IMG/VR virus record: IMGVR_UViG_3300017913_001944
Location: 1-33,463 of that record
Origin: a virus
Lineage: Duplodnaviria; Caudoviricetes
Reading direction: 5' to 3' (one strand)
Length of the DNA: 33,463 nt
Of this stretch, positions 17,723 through 25,383 are shown piece by piece; the first letter of the stretch is position 1, and every line of letters begins with the position of its first letter. The notes below the pieces were generated by a model that searched no databases, was not told where the DNA came from, and saw only the letters and a program-made list of their open reading frames with translations. Made by a program: the position numbers and the translations under genes.

Positions 17723-18056
17723 GGTATGGGGAGTAACTGAGTTACTGGAAGCCAACGGTGTATTGGAGTTTCATCGTATTGAAATGAATGCAGGCGGGGT
17801 ATGTAGTAAACACTTGCATGAATATAAATGGAACGGCTTCTTTGTTGAAAGCGGAAAGATGTTGATTCGTGTTTGGCAAAATGATTATGATTTGGTAGAC
17901 GAAACTGTACTGGAAGCTGGACAATATACCAAAGTAAAACCCGGAGTATACCATCAATTTGAGTGTATCGAGGACGGCGTAGCATTTGAACTGTATTGGG
18001 CAGAGTTTAATCACAACGATATCAAGCGAGAAACAGTGGGTTATTTATCAGATTAG
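17709..18056 (+). CDS. Cupin-domain protein (sugar isomerase-like)
   Basis: KVWG, SKHLH, PGVYHQF. Start refined to ATG 17709. Confidence 0.8.
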   Translation: MKAGKVWGVTELLEANGVLEFHRIEMNAGGVCSKHLHEYKWNGFFVESGKMLIRVWQNDYDLVDETVLEAGQYTKVKPGVYHQFECIEDGVAFELYWAEFNHNDIKRETVGYLSD

Positions 18057-18078
18057 TTTATCGGTGCCAGATCTTGAG

Positions 18079-18084
18079 TAAATA
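18079..18084 (+). promoter_or_regulatory. Late promoter core TAAATA
   Basis: Intergenic; upstream of the AAGGAG SD of the 673-aa gene. Confidence 0.55.
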
Positions 18085-18134
18085 ATAGTATAGAACATTA
18101 AGTTTTATACTTTTTCTTTGCAAAGGAGACGAAT

Positions 18135-20156
18135 ATGGCTCAAAAACCTTTCTTTATGGACGCAGGTATTAGAGTTGGCGACTGGGTAATTTATCAAGAC
18201 TCAGCCGGTGATCTACAGGTAGCACCTGCTAATGTGGTTAACCTACCACAAATGCCTTTCACAGTAGACAAGGGATTTAAAATGGGACAGTTTGCTTGGT
18301 ATCAAGTAGACGATGATTTAAAAATGTCAGAAGATGACAGTGGACTTTCACAAAGACCATTTATTGTTGACGGTGGTGTACGTGTTGGTAACTGGATTAT
18401 CTACGTAAACACAGACGCAGTTATTGAAGTTGCACTAGCAAGCTCAGTATCTGTTCTGTCAGGCGTAGAATCAAGCACACAATCTGCAGGCGCAGGCGGT
18501 TCAGGCGCAGGCGGTGCAAGCACAATCTCAGGTGGCGAAGGATTTGCTACTGGTTATGCATCAACAGAATGGCAAACAGCAGCAGACAGTGCAACTGGTA
18601 ATCCACGTATTATCATTAATGTACACTATCCAACACTTGATAGTGATTGGAAAACAGCACTTGACAATTGGGCAGTTGGTAATACACTGGTAATTAAAAC
18701 ACCTGCACAGTTTGACGGGACTACATTAACAACAACAGGCGGTATTAGCAGCACAGTATCTGGAGATTATAAGCAGTATTACTTTGATGTAGACGTAGCT
18801 CACTCAAACAGTGTGTATGTATACCAAGTGGAACACACACCACAAACTACTCCAGCATATACATATGCAGTAACGTTTACAAACTCATCAGGACAAGAAG
18901 TTACATCAGTAACAGAAGGTGGTTCATATACTATCACTGTAACATCAAATGCACCAGATGGCACATACGTATGGGTATCAATGCCAGAAGAACTTGAATC
19001 AGGTTACAGTGACCCAGTAACTATTGACTGGTTAATGGATGGCACACAATCTATCGCAAGAAGACCTCAACTTTCAGGCGGTCAAGCAACAATTGCAGTA
19101 ACAATTAATGCAGACGAAACAACTGAAACAGGTTATGAGAAATTCAGAGTTTTTGTTTCAGATACAGAAAATTATGCAGACATTGCTGATCATCTAAAAG
19201 CATTTACTCCTTGGATTACAATCAGTGATACTTCACAAGATCCAGCACCAACTTCTCTGTCAGATTATAACTGGACAATGACAACATCTGCTGACATTAC
19301 TGGCTATACAGCGGGTAATGGTATCTATATCCCAGTAGACGATTCAAGCAATCATGGACAAATGTACGAAGGTCAAACATACACTTGGGAAGTTCAAACT
19401 GATGCACCAGATGGTACAGAAGTATGGTCATATCCTGGAACTACATATGTAGGTACTTATGATTGGGGTGGAGACCCATCTCGTAACGATATAGTGTATC
19501 CTGGTGACTTTGGTAAGCACACTGTATCTAACGGTATGATCAGTGGTACGATTACAGTAAATGCTGATAGCTATGCAGAAAACGGCGAAATGGTTAAAAT
19601 TTATATCAAAGACATGGAAGGCTGGAGTGGTTACACTAACCTAGCAAACTCTCAATGGTTCCATTATAATGATGAACAGCCACCTGCAAGTTGGGACTAT
19701 GCTGTAACTATTGTTGGTAGTGTTCCAGTAGCAACAATGGAAGCAAACACTAGCTTCTCAGGTTCATTCCAGCAATGGTATGGTGGTTATGACGTGTGGA
19801 ACGGTTCAATTAATGGAAGCACGTTTATGAATTCAGGTAATAATGTTTGGGTAGATTTCCATGAATCTGTGCAAAACGCAACAGAGTCATGGAATGGTAA
19901 TTCATCATACCCTAATGCCCCTTACGACAATATCAGTATCCGTGTTACAGTAAGTATTAATGCACAAGGATATCCTGTATTCTACTTTGAATCTCAAAAT
20001 GCTGACCAACATATTGGCTGGCGTGAGTTCAATCTAGATAACCCAGATAATACACTAGCAACAATTGGTTTCCTTGATGTATTCACAGATGCGAACGGTG
20101 ACATCCAAAACATTCAAGTACAGCCAAAGGCAAACAACTACACAATTATTGACTAA
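18135..20156 (+). CDS. Probable virion surface/fibre protein with internal repeats
   Basis: Three N-terminal Q.PF..D.G...G.W repeats, Gly/Ala/Ser linker, two Ig/Calx-beta-like repeats (EG..YT..V...APDGT...INAD...E..E). Rich in Thr/Ser/Gly/aromatics; no Cys; no signal peptide. Confidence 0.7.
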   Translation: MAQKPFFMDAGIRVGDWVIYQDSAGDLQVAPANVVNLPQMPFTVDKGFKMGQFAWYQVDDDLKMSEDDSGLSQRPFIVDGGVRVGNWIIYVNTDAVIEVALASSVSVLSGVESSTQSAGAGGSGAGGASTISGGEGFATGYASTEWQTAADSATGNPRIIINVHYPTLDSDWKTALDNWAVGNTLVIKTPAQFDGTTLTTTGGISSTVSGDYKQYYFDVDVAHSNSVYVYQVEHTPQTTPAYTYAVTFTNSSGQEVTSVTEGGSYTITVTSNAPDGTYVWVSMPEELESGYSDPVTIDWLMDGTQSIARRPQLSGGQATIAVTINADETTETGYEKFRVFVSDTENYADIADHLKAFTPWITISDTSQDPAPTSLSDYNWTMTTSADITGYTAGNGIYIPVDDSSNHGQMYEGQTYTWEVQTDAPDGTEVWSYPGTTYVGTYDWGGDPSRNDIVYPGDFGKHTVSNGMISGTITVNADSYAENGEMVKIYIKDMEGWSGYTNLANSQWFHYNDEQPPASWDYAVTIVGSVPVATMEANTSFSGSFQQWYGGYDVWNGSINGSTFMNSGNNVWVDFHESVQNATESWNGNSSYPNAPYDNISIRVTVSINAQGYPVFYFESQNADQHIGWREFNLDNPDNTLATIGFLDVFTDANGDIQNIQVQPKANNYTIID

Positions 20157-20206
20157 TTTAGTTGGGTGCGTTAAAACAACGCAGTTTAAAAAGTTACAAA
20201 TATTCA

Positions 20207-20241
20207 GCAGTGGGCAATATAAAATTGCCCGCTGCATTTTT
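20207..20241 (+). terminator. Intrinsic terminator
   Basis: GCAGTGGGCAAT-ATAAA-ATTGCCCGCTGC followed by ATTTTT. Confidence 0.7.
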
Positions 20242-20312
20242 GTCTTGCAAGATATGCATTAGACGCATATCGTAATTGCAAGAATACGTAAGCAATACTG
20301 CTATTTCTCGAC

Positions 20313-20350
20313 TAAATACAATTGACAACAATGCTGCAATGCAGTATATT
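20313..20350 (+). promoter_or_regulatory. Dual late/sigma70 promoter with a palindromic PhaR-like operator in the spacer
   Basis: TAAATA at 20313-20318; TTGACA at 20322-20327, 17 nt, TATATT at 20345-20350; CTGC-AAT-GCAG at 20334-20344. Confidence 0.65.
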
Positions 20351-20356
20351 GTAGAT

Positions 20357-20494
20357 ACTACAGAGCGACCTCAGCTCAGAAAAAATGAGTGGCACTTGGA
20401 AAGACAAGCGGATATCCCATCCGATAAAAGGTGTGACGCTGGAAGAGACCAGGGTATTGCTTTCCTCAAGCATCCGAACAACATGGAGAAAAAG
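20357..20494 (+). ncRNA. Putative multi-hairpin structured leader RNA
   Basis: Consecutive short hairpins at 20374-20390, 20395-20408, 20409-20423, 20439-20452 and 20458-20472 ahead of a GGAG SD. Confidence 0.55.
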
Positions 20495-20677
20495 ATGACA
20501 CAGACATTTTTTAAAGGTCTGACGGATTTTCTATGCGGACAACGATCGAGTGCTGCATATAGAAAAGACCTGATGACATGGGCAAAAACAGAATACCCAA
20601 AAGATTGGGAATTCGCCTACAACTATATGCTTCGTCACAATGGCAAAGCACCAGAATACAGAGGTATGACACTATGA
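20495..20677 (+). CDS. 60-aa hypothetical protein
   Basis: GGAG SD before ATG 20495; WAKTEYPKDWEFAYNYM. Confidence 0.7.
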   Translation: MTQTFFKGLTDFLCGQRSSAAYRKDLMTWAKTEYPKDWEFAYNYMLRHNGKAPEYRGMTL

Positions 20678-20904
20678 TTAATATTTTAAAAGCAGCACTT
20701 ATTAACTGGAGAAACGAAAGACAACATCGTTTAGCAGTTAAAGAAACAATTAATGAACTACGTAAGTTATCAGATCACGAATTGTGGGACATTGGTTTAT
20801 CACGTGGTGATATTTGGGCAGTAGCAAATGATTCACATAAAAAGCCAGCTAAAGTAGAAGCAGAAGACGTTCAAGTAAACGCAAACATTCGAGGATGGGT
20901 ATAA
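20674..20904 (+). CDS. DUF1127 (YjiS/CcaF1-like) protein
   Basis: ELRKLSDHELWDIGLSRGDI signature; GAGGT SD; ATGA overlap. Confidence 0.88.
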   Translation: MINILKAALINWRNERQHRLAVKETINELRKLSDHELWDIGLSRGDIWAVANDSHKKPAKVEAEDVQVNANIRGWV

Positions 20905-21095
20905 TGACAACACTAGTAATGAACTACACAGTAAATCCAATTTGGAACGTATTACGTTCGATTGGCCGCGGTATAATTCACTCACAAATGGTATTGGGTT
21001 ATAGTCGTGCGGCAGCAGAACTAGCTCGCCAGGGCTATTATGAGGAATCAAAAGAAGTAATGATGCGCCTGTCAGAACTTCAAGCAAACAAATAA
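20904..21095 (+). CDS. Small hypothetical protein
   Basis: GAGG SD; TAATG coupling; GYSRAAAELARQGYYEE. Confidence 0.7.
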   Translation: MTTLVMNYTVNPIWNVLRSIGRGIIHSQMVLGYSRAAAELARQGYYEESKEVMMRLSELQANK

Positions 21096-21116
21096 TAATG
21101 ATTCAACCTCCCAAAT

Positions 21117-21144
21117 AAAAAGAGCAGGAAACTGCTCTTTTTTT
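21117..21144 (+). terminator. Intrinsic terminator
   Basis: AAAAAGAGCAG-GAAA-CTGCTCTTTTTTT. Confidence 0.85.
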
Positions 21145-21167
21145 GTGATTTCCATTATCTGTGTAGA

Positions 21168-21173
21168 TAAATA
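21168..21173 (+). promoter_or_regulatory. Late promoter core TAAATA, 5 nt before ATG
   Basis: GA-TAAATA-ATAAT-ATG; no SD. Confidence 0.6.
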
Positions 21174-21178
21174 ATAAT

Positions 21179-22159
21179 ATGAGCAGAGTAAATCTTATAC
21201 GTAGTATTTTTGATCAGATTAAAGCAGCGTCTACACAACAAGAAAAACTTGCAATACTTAAAAAGTATAACAAGGAGAGCTTGTTTAAGCGTATAATTTT
21301 TCTTGCATACAATCCAATGATTCAATTTGACATGGATGATTTTGAAACCACTGCACACGGACGTGATGGCGGCATGGGTATCAGTAAGTTTATGCACATA
21401 TTGGATGATATTATCAAAAACAATTTAACAAAACAAGAAGCAGTGTTTGCATGTAAAATTGCACTAACACACATTAGTGATAATGAATCTGAAATTTTTA
21501 AAGGCATTTTAAAAAAAGATCTAGGGTTAGGATTAGATATTGAAACAGTCAATCAAGCATATGATGATATGATTCCAGGATATCCACTTCAACAAGTTGG
21601 TACATTTGATCCAATGAGAAGTAAATTTACATTTCCAGCAGTAGCACAACAAATGTCACATGGCATGCGTGTGAATGTTGTTGTAAAGGGAAATATTTGC
21701 CAATTTAGAAACAAACAAGGTGAAATATTCCATGAGTTTGATAAATTTGGAGAGCAATTTAAAGTACTTGCACAGAACGGATCAATTGTGTTTGACGGAC
21801 ATGCAGTCAAGATTAACGAAAAAAATCAACCAGTAGACGCAACTGATGAAGAAATACTAGCGACTGATCTAGATTATGTTAGATTTATTTTGTGGGATAG
21901 TATTCGATTCGATGGATTCGTAGAAGGCAAAGACACACGTATCGGCTATAACTGGAGATTTAACGGGCTAGAGCATATGATGTTCTTGGCAGCTGATAAA
22001 AATACTGATCCAGTATATGGACTTCCAGCACAAACAATTGTTAATAATGTGTCAGAAGCCGTACAAATTAGTAAAAAATATCCTATTATATTGAAAGATT
22101 TCAGTGGTACCTGGAGAACAGGTGAAACAAGTCACGAAGTGTTACTTAAAAAATCATAA
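21179..22159 (+). CDS. T4-type ATP-dependent DNA ligase homolog, predicted inactive and lacking the OB domain
   Basis: gp30-like N-terminal domain (EKLAIL...ILKKDL). Motif I reads AQQMSHGMR instead of AQLKxDGxR; also FDGH, FILWD, YPIILKD. Ends at motif V. Confidence 0.75.
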   Translation: MSRVNLIRSIFDQIKAASTQQEKLAILKKYNKESLFKRIIFLAYNPMIQFDMDDFETTAHGRDGGMGISKFMHILDDIIKNNLTKQEAVFACKIALTHISDNESEIFKGILKKDLGLGLDIETVNQAYDDMIPGYPLQQVGTFDPMRSKFTFPAVAQQMSHGMRVNVVVKGNICQFRNKQGEIFHEFDKFGEQFKVLAQNGSIVFDGHAVKINEKNQPVDATDEEILATDLDYVRFILWDSIRFDGFVEGKDTRIGYNWRFNGLEHMMFLAADKNTDPVYGLPAQTIVNNVSEAVQISKKYPIILKDFSGTWRTGETSHEVLLKKS

Positions 22160-22998
22160 CTTTCTTTACCAAACTTCTTACCGTTAATATTACAGTTAGC
22201 ACAAGCACCTCCTCGTTCTCCCTGACTTAAGAATTGTCTAATTTTAGTCAATTGTGGACCGTTCCACGATTCAGCAAAGCCCTCTTTGAGTATATTACCC
22301 ATTGGGCCAGCTTTTCGGTGCCAATCATTACAGCATAACCTAACTTCACCATCCCAATCAATAAATGCTTTGTAGAATGGCAAATAACATTGTCCTTGAA
22401 TACCAGATCCTCCCATCACACCACTGCGATTATTAAACCCATATTGTTCAATCAGCTCTTGAGCATTGCCAGTGTCATGGTGATATCTCAATCTCCACAC
22501 ATCACTGGGTAATTGTGTTTCCATGATCTGTTTTCTGGTGTTATATTGTGATTCACCGTCATAGCAGTCGACTGTGAGCATACTTAGCCCATGCTTAAAC
22601 ATGTTGATAGTGTAATCTAGGTGTGTATCTATAAGTCTGTCACCATTTGTGGTGACTTCGACATATAGGTTATCATAGTCACTGAGTATTTCAACTATTT
22701 CCGCAAGTTGGGGATGTGTGTGCGGCTCACCAAAGCCAGTAATATGTATATCTCCATACCAGTTTGCGTCTCGCAATTGATTTGTTAGTTTTTCCACAGT
22801 TTCCAGTGACATAAACAGTTTTTGGTTTGGGTAAATTTCTGGATCATAACGAGGACAAAAACTGCATGTGCGATTACACAACTCAGTTATATTAAGTTCA
22901 ACAGTGGCTAACCCAGGAAATACTGAGTTATAGATATCTGATTGTGAATGTCGTTTTTGACGACTATCCACGTGTCCTTGTACGTTAAATGATGTCAT
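22132..22998 (-). CDS. Radical SAM protein with SPASM domain
   Basis: CNRTCSFC, GFGEP, TTNGD, C..PF...IDWDGEVRLCCNDW, CANC. Confidence 0.88.
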   Translation of the reverse strand: MTSFNVQGHVDSRQKRHSQSDIYNSVFPGLATVELNITELCNRTCSFCPRYDPEIYPNQKLFMSLETVEKLTNQLRDANWYGDIHITGFGEPHTHPQLAEIVEILSDYDNLYVEVTTNGDRLIDTHLDYTINMFKHGLSMLTVDCYDGESQYNTRKQIMETQLPSDVWRLRYHHDTGNAQELIEQYGFNNRSGVMGGSGIQGQCYLPFYKAFIDWDGEVRLCCNDWHRKAGPMGNILKEGFAESWNGPQLTKIRQFLSQGERGGACANCNINGKKFGKESYDFLSNTS

Positions 22999-22999
22999 A

Positions 23000-23206
23000 T
23001 TATTCCTGTTCTATACAGCTTGCATCATAGTCTACTATACCTTGCGGTAAAATGCTATCTTTATTTTCGTCCAGGTATTTTTGTAAAAATTCAAGTCGTT
23101 GTTCGCATACTTCTTTTGTTGGATGTTCTCTAGGATACCATCCGTCAAGTATCATTGCTTCTCCACCACTATTGATAAAGAAAATAATTAGTAACCATTT
23201 TGTCAT
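23000..23206 (-). CDS. Small hypothetical protein
   Basis: ATGA-type overlap with the lipase gene; Cys pair. Confidence 0.6.
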   Translation of the reverse strand: MTKWLLIIFFINSGGEAMILDGWYPREHPTKEVCEQRLEFLQKYLDENKDSILPQGIVDYDASCIEQE

Positions 23207-23955
23207 TTTAATTTTTTTATATACCTTATTCCCATGTGGTCATAGAGCCCACTAAAAAGTTCTCGTTTCTGTAATGCTCGCCATCTGCCTCTTATTTTAT
23301 CACCAATACGTTCAAATATATTTGTGCCTAAATGCACTTTGCCCGTATAAGACATATAATAAAGGTCTCCCACATGGGAATAATAACCAAAAGGTGGTAT
23401 TGTACAAACAATATCGTTTGTATTCTGGAATCTAAACACTGGTACATTTTCAAATTGTTTAGCCCATGTTCTGCAACCAACTCTTGGAGAACCATAGTTG
23501 TATAGTTGTATATCAGCACCCATTTGATGTACACGTGACGTAAAGATTGTTGCCATTGCTGCGCCTAAACTGTGCCCAGTTACAATTAGTGGTGTTGCTC
23601 TCACATCTACCAGCCATTCCATTATTAGAGGATAGATTTTGTCAAGTTCTTGCTTGAATCCGCTGTGAACATGTCCAACTGTATCGCTATCACGCGGCCA
23701 TGCTTTGATATCTGCAATAATATCATTCCACTCATTGGGCTGTGTACCACGAAATACTAGCACCGTGAAGTCAGGCATTTTGATGCCGTAGGCTTGTGCG
23801 CCGTCAACATTAAAATATTCTAATTCTGTATGCATGATTACACGTTTGAAAAGGAACCTTTTGAATCGTTCTTTTTCATAGTATGCTTCTTCACTAAGTT
23901 CAGCACACATTCTGGCTATTTGCCAGTCAATTGGTATCTTTTTTTCTTTCGACAA
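23203..23955 (-). CDS. Class 3 lipase (alpha/beta hydrolase)
   Basis: FRGT, VHSGF, TGHSLGAA nucleophile elbow, YGSPRVG, NDIV, YSHVG. Confidence 0.92.
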   Translation of the reverse strand: MSKEKKIPIDWQIARMCAELSEEAYYEKERFKRFLFKRVIMHTELEYFNVDGAQAYGIKMPDFTVLVFRGTQPNEWNDIIADIKAWPRDSDTVGHVHSGFKQELDKIYPLIMEWLVDVRATPLIVTGHSLGAAMATIFTSRVHQMGADIQLYNYGSPRVGCRTWAKQFENVPVFRFQNTNDIVCTIPPFGYYSHVGDLYYMSYTGKVHLGTNIFERIGDKIRGRWRALQKRELFSGLYDHMGIRYIKKLK

Positions 23956-24256
23956 TTACTTTCTCCAGTCTGTGCATTGGGATTCGTTTGTTGTCAATAA
24001 AACGCCATACTTTGCCACGTCCGTTATCAATCTCAAAAACCGTTTCACGATATCCAATACTGATAATAGTAGCTTTTTCTCCATCAAGGAATACTACATC
24101 TCCAGGTTCAAATCCGGCTTTCATTTTCCATCTGATGCTTGCTACTAAATCACTCACTAGTTCTTTGAACCACAAAACTACGATACCAGTAATGGCTAAG
24201 CCGATAATTGGTTGCAAAAACATTGAAAATTTAAGTGCTTCTTGTTCTATTCCCAT
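23927..24256 (-). CDS. Small membrane protein with an MscS-like beta domain
   Basis: One TM helix then FEPGDVVFLDGEKATIISIGYRETVF. Confidence 0.6.
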   Translation of the reverse strand: MGIEQEALKFSMFLQPIIGLAITGIVVLWFKELVSDLVASIRWKMKAGFEPGDVVFLDGEKATIISIGYRETVFEIDNGRGKVWRFIDNKRIPMHRLEKVIVERKKDTN

Positions 24257-24260
24257 ACTC

Positions 24261-24677
24261 TTATTTAGTGCCTTTCAAGTAATCAACAGCATCATTAGAG
24301 CTTTTTGTTACTTGTTTTCCTGTGACTTCATCTATTTTTACAGAACACTCTCTTTTACAAATAACTGGCGGACTATCACTTTCCCATCCAGGAAAAAAAG
24401 CATACTCTTGAAATAATGGATGACTTAGTATTGTATCGAGATCATAAACTTCTAGATTGTTAAAATCTTCATCTTGCTCGAAATATTGCATTAGTTTTTC
24501 GTCACTACTAAATCTTGCCCATTCTGGAGTCTTTTTTAGTGTGTCTTGAAATAGTGAAGCAAATCTTTTGTCCCAACCGTTCGCAAAAAAGCAACAAGGC
24601 CATACTCGTTGTTCAGCGGTAATGTCATACATGCGGTCTTCATGATTATGCACATTACAAAAAATATTACAAGGCAT
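24261..24677 (-). CDS. Stand-alone SPASM/twitch-like Cys-rich protein
   Basis: C...ITAEQRVWPCC ... LDTILSHPLF ... ICKREC parallels the C-terminus of 644..1642. Confidence 0.65.
   Translation of the reverse strand: MPCNIFCNVHNHEDRMYDITAEQRVWPCCFFANGWDKRFASLFQDTLKKTPEWARFSSDEKLMQYFEQDEDFNNLEVYDLDTILSHPLFQEYAFFPGWESDSPPVICKRECSVKIDEVTGKQVTKSSNDAVDYLKGTK
24262..24267 (-). promoter_or_regulatory. Late promoter core TAAATA, 5 nt before ATG
   Basis: Minus strand reads TAAATA-AGAGT-ATG(24256). Confidence 0.55.
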
Positions 24678-25314
24678 CGTGTTTCTCCAATAACTCTACA
24701 GCTTTTCTTTTGTTGTCTTGAGTAATCAGACCAAATTCTCTAGTGTTGAATTTAAATTTAATTCTACAATCAAGATCTCTAGCCATACTTACAGCATCTG
24801 GTATTTGGTGCCAATTCCAATCAAATATAATAAAATGCCAAGCACCACTGCCATTCCATCGAAACCATGTACGCATATTTGCCATAGCACGATCAAAATC
24901 AACCCCTTCGCGATATTTCCAATTAACATCAGCTGTGGTGCCGTCTATTCCAAAATCCATATAAATAGAAGAGCGTGGAAAGTTTGCTGCGAGTTCTCTA
25001 TAAAAGCGTTGATTCCTAAGTCCACCATTTGTATTGATTTGGATTTCAATATTTTTATTATACGTAATAGTTTGATATATAAAATCTTCAATATCAGGAT
25101 GCATCATAGGATCACCAAACTCACCACAAAACTTAACTGCACTTATGTTTCTTTTTGATGACTTCAAAATAGATGTATAAGTAGTAATAGGCAGGTGTTG
25201 GAGTTTTAACCACTCCTCTTTTTCGCCTGTTTCATCATTTGTACGGGCGCAACTGCGACATTTTGCTTGGCAATACGTAGTAAGTGCAAATTCTAAAATA
25301 GTTTTATTTTCCAT
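24667..25314 (-). CDS. Radical SAM core protein
   Basis: CQAKCRSC, CGEFGDPMMHP, NTNGG, FGIDG, FIIFDWNWHQ; paralog of 644..1642. Confidence 0.88.
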   Translation of the reverse strand: MENKTILEFALTTYCQAKCRSCARTNDETGEKEEWLKLQHLPITTYTSILKSSKRNISAVKFCGEFGDPMMHPDIEDFIYQTITYNKNIEIQINTNGGLRNQRFYRELAANFPRSSIYMDFGIDGTTADVNWKYREGVDFDRAMANMRTWFRWNGSGAWHFIIFDWNWHQIPDAVSMARDLDCRIKFKFNTREFGLITQDNKRKAVELLEKHDAL

Positions 25315-25319
25315 GCTAA

Positions 25320-25325
25320 TATTTA
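25320..25325 (-). promoter_or_regulatory. Late promoter core TAAATA, 5 nt before ATG
   Basis: Minus strand reads GA-TAAATA-TTAGC-ATG(25314). Confidence 0.6.
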
Positions 25326-25327
25326 TC

Positions 25328-25355
25328 TTGACTTATGATTATATAAGTATATAAT
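25328..25355 (+). promoter_or_regulatory. Sigma70-type promoter
   Basis: TTGACT-16 nt-TATAAT, back to back with the minus-strand late promoter. Confidence 0.55.
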
Positions 25356-25383
25356 ATATTTTTAACCCTCAAGGAGATTCCAA

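Noticed and set aside
18485-18520. CAGGCGCAGGCGGT direct repeat
   Set aside because: It encodes the Gly/Ala/Ser linker of the 673-aa protein and is not a separate DNA element.
20276-20494. N-terminal 73 codons of the 133-aa ORF
   Set aside because: TTG start without SD that crosses the promoter and hairpin leader; the SD-supported start is 20495.
21096-21144. Canonical CcsR/cuckoo sRNA after DUF1127
   Set aside because: Only one CCTCCC, not in repeated CCUCCUCCC hairpins; kept only as weak supporting context.
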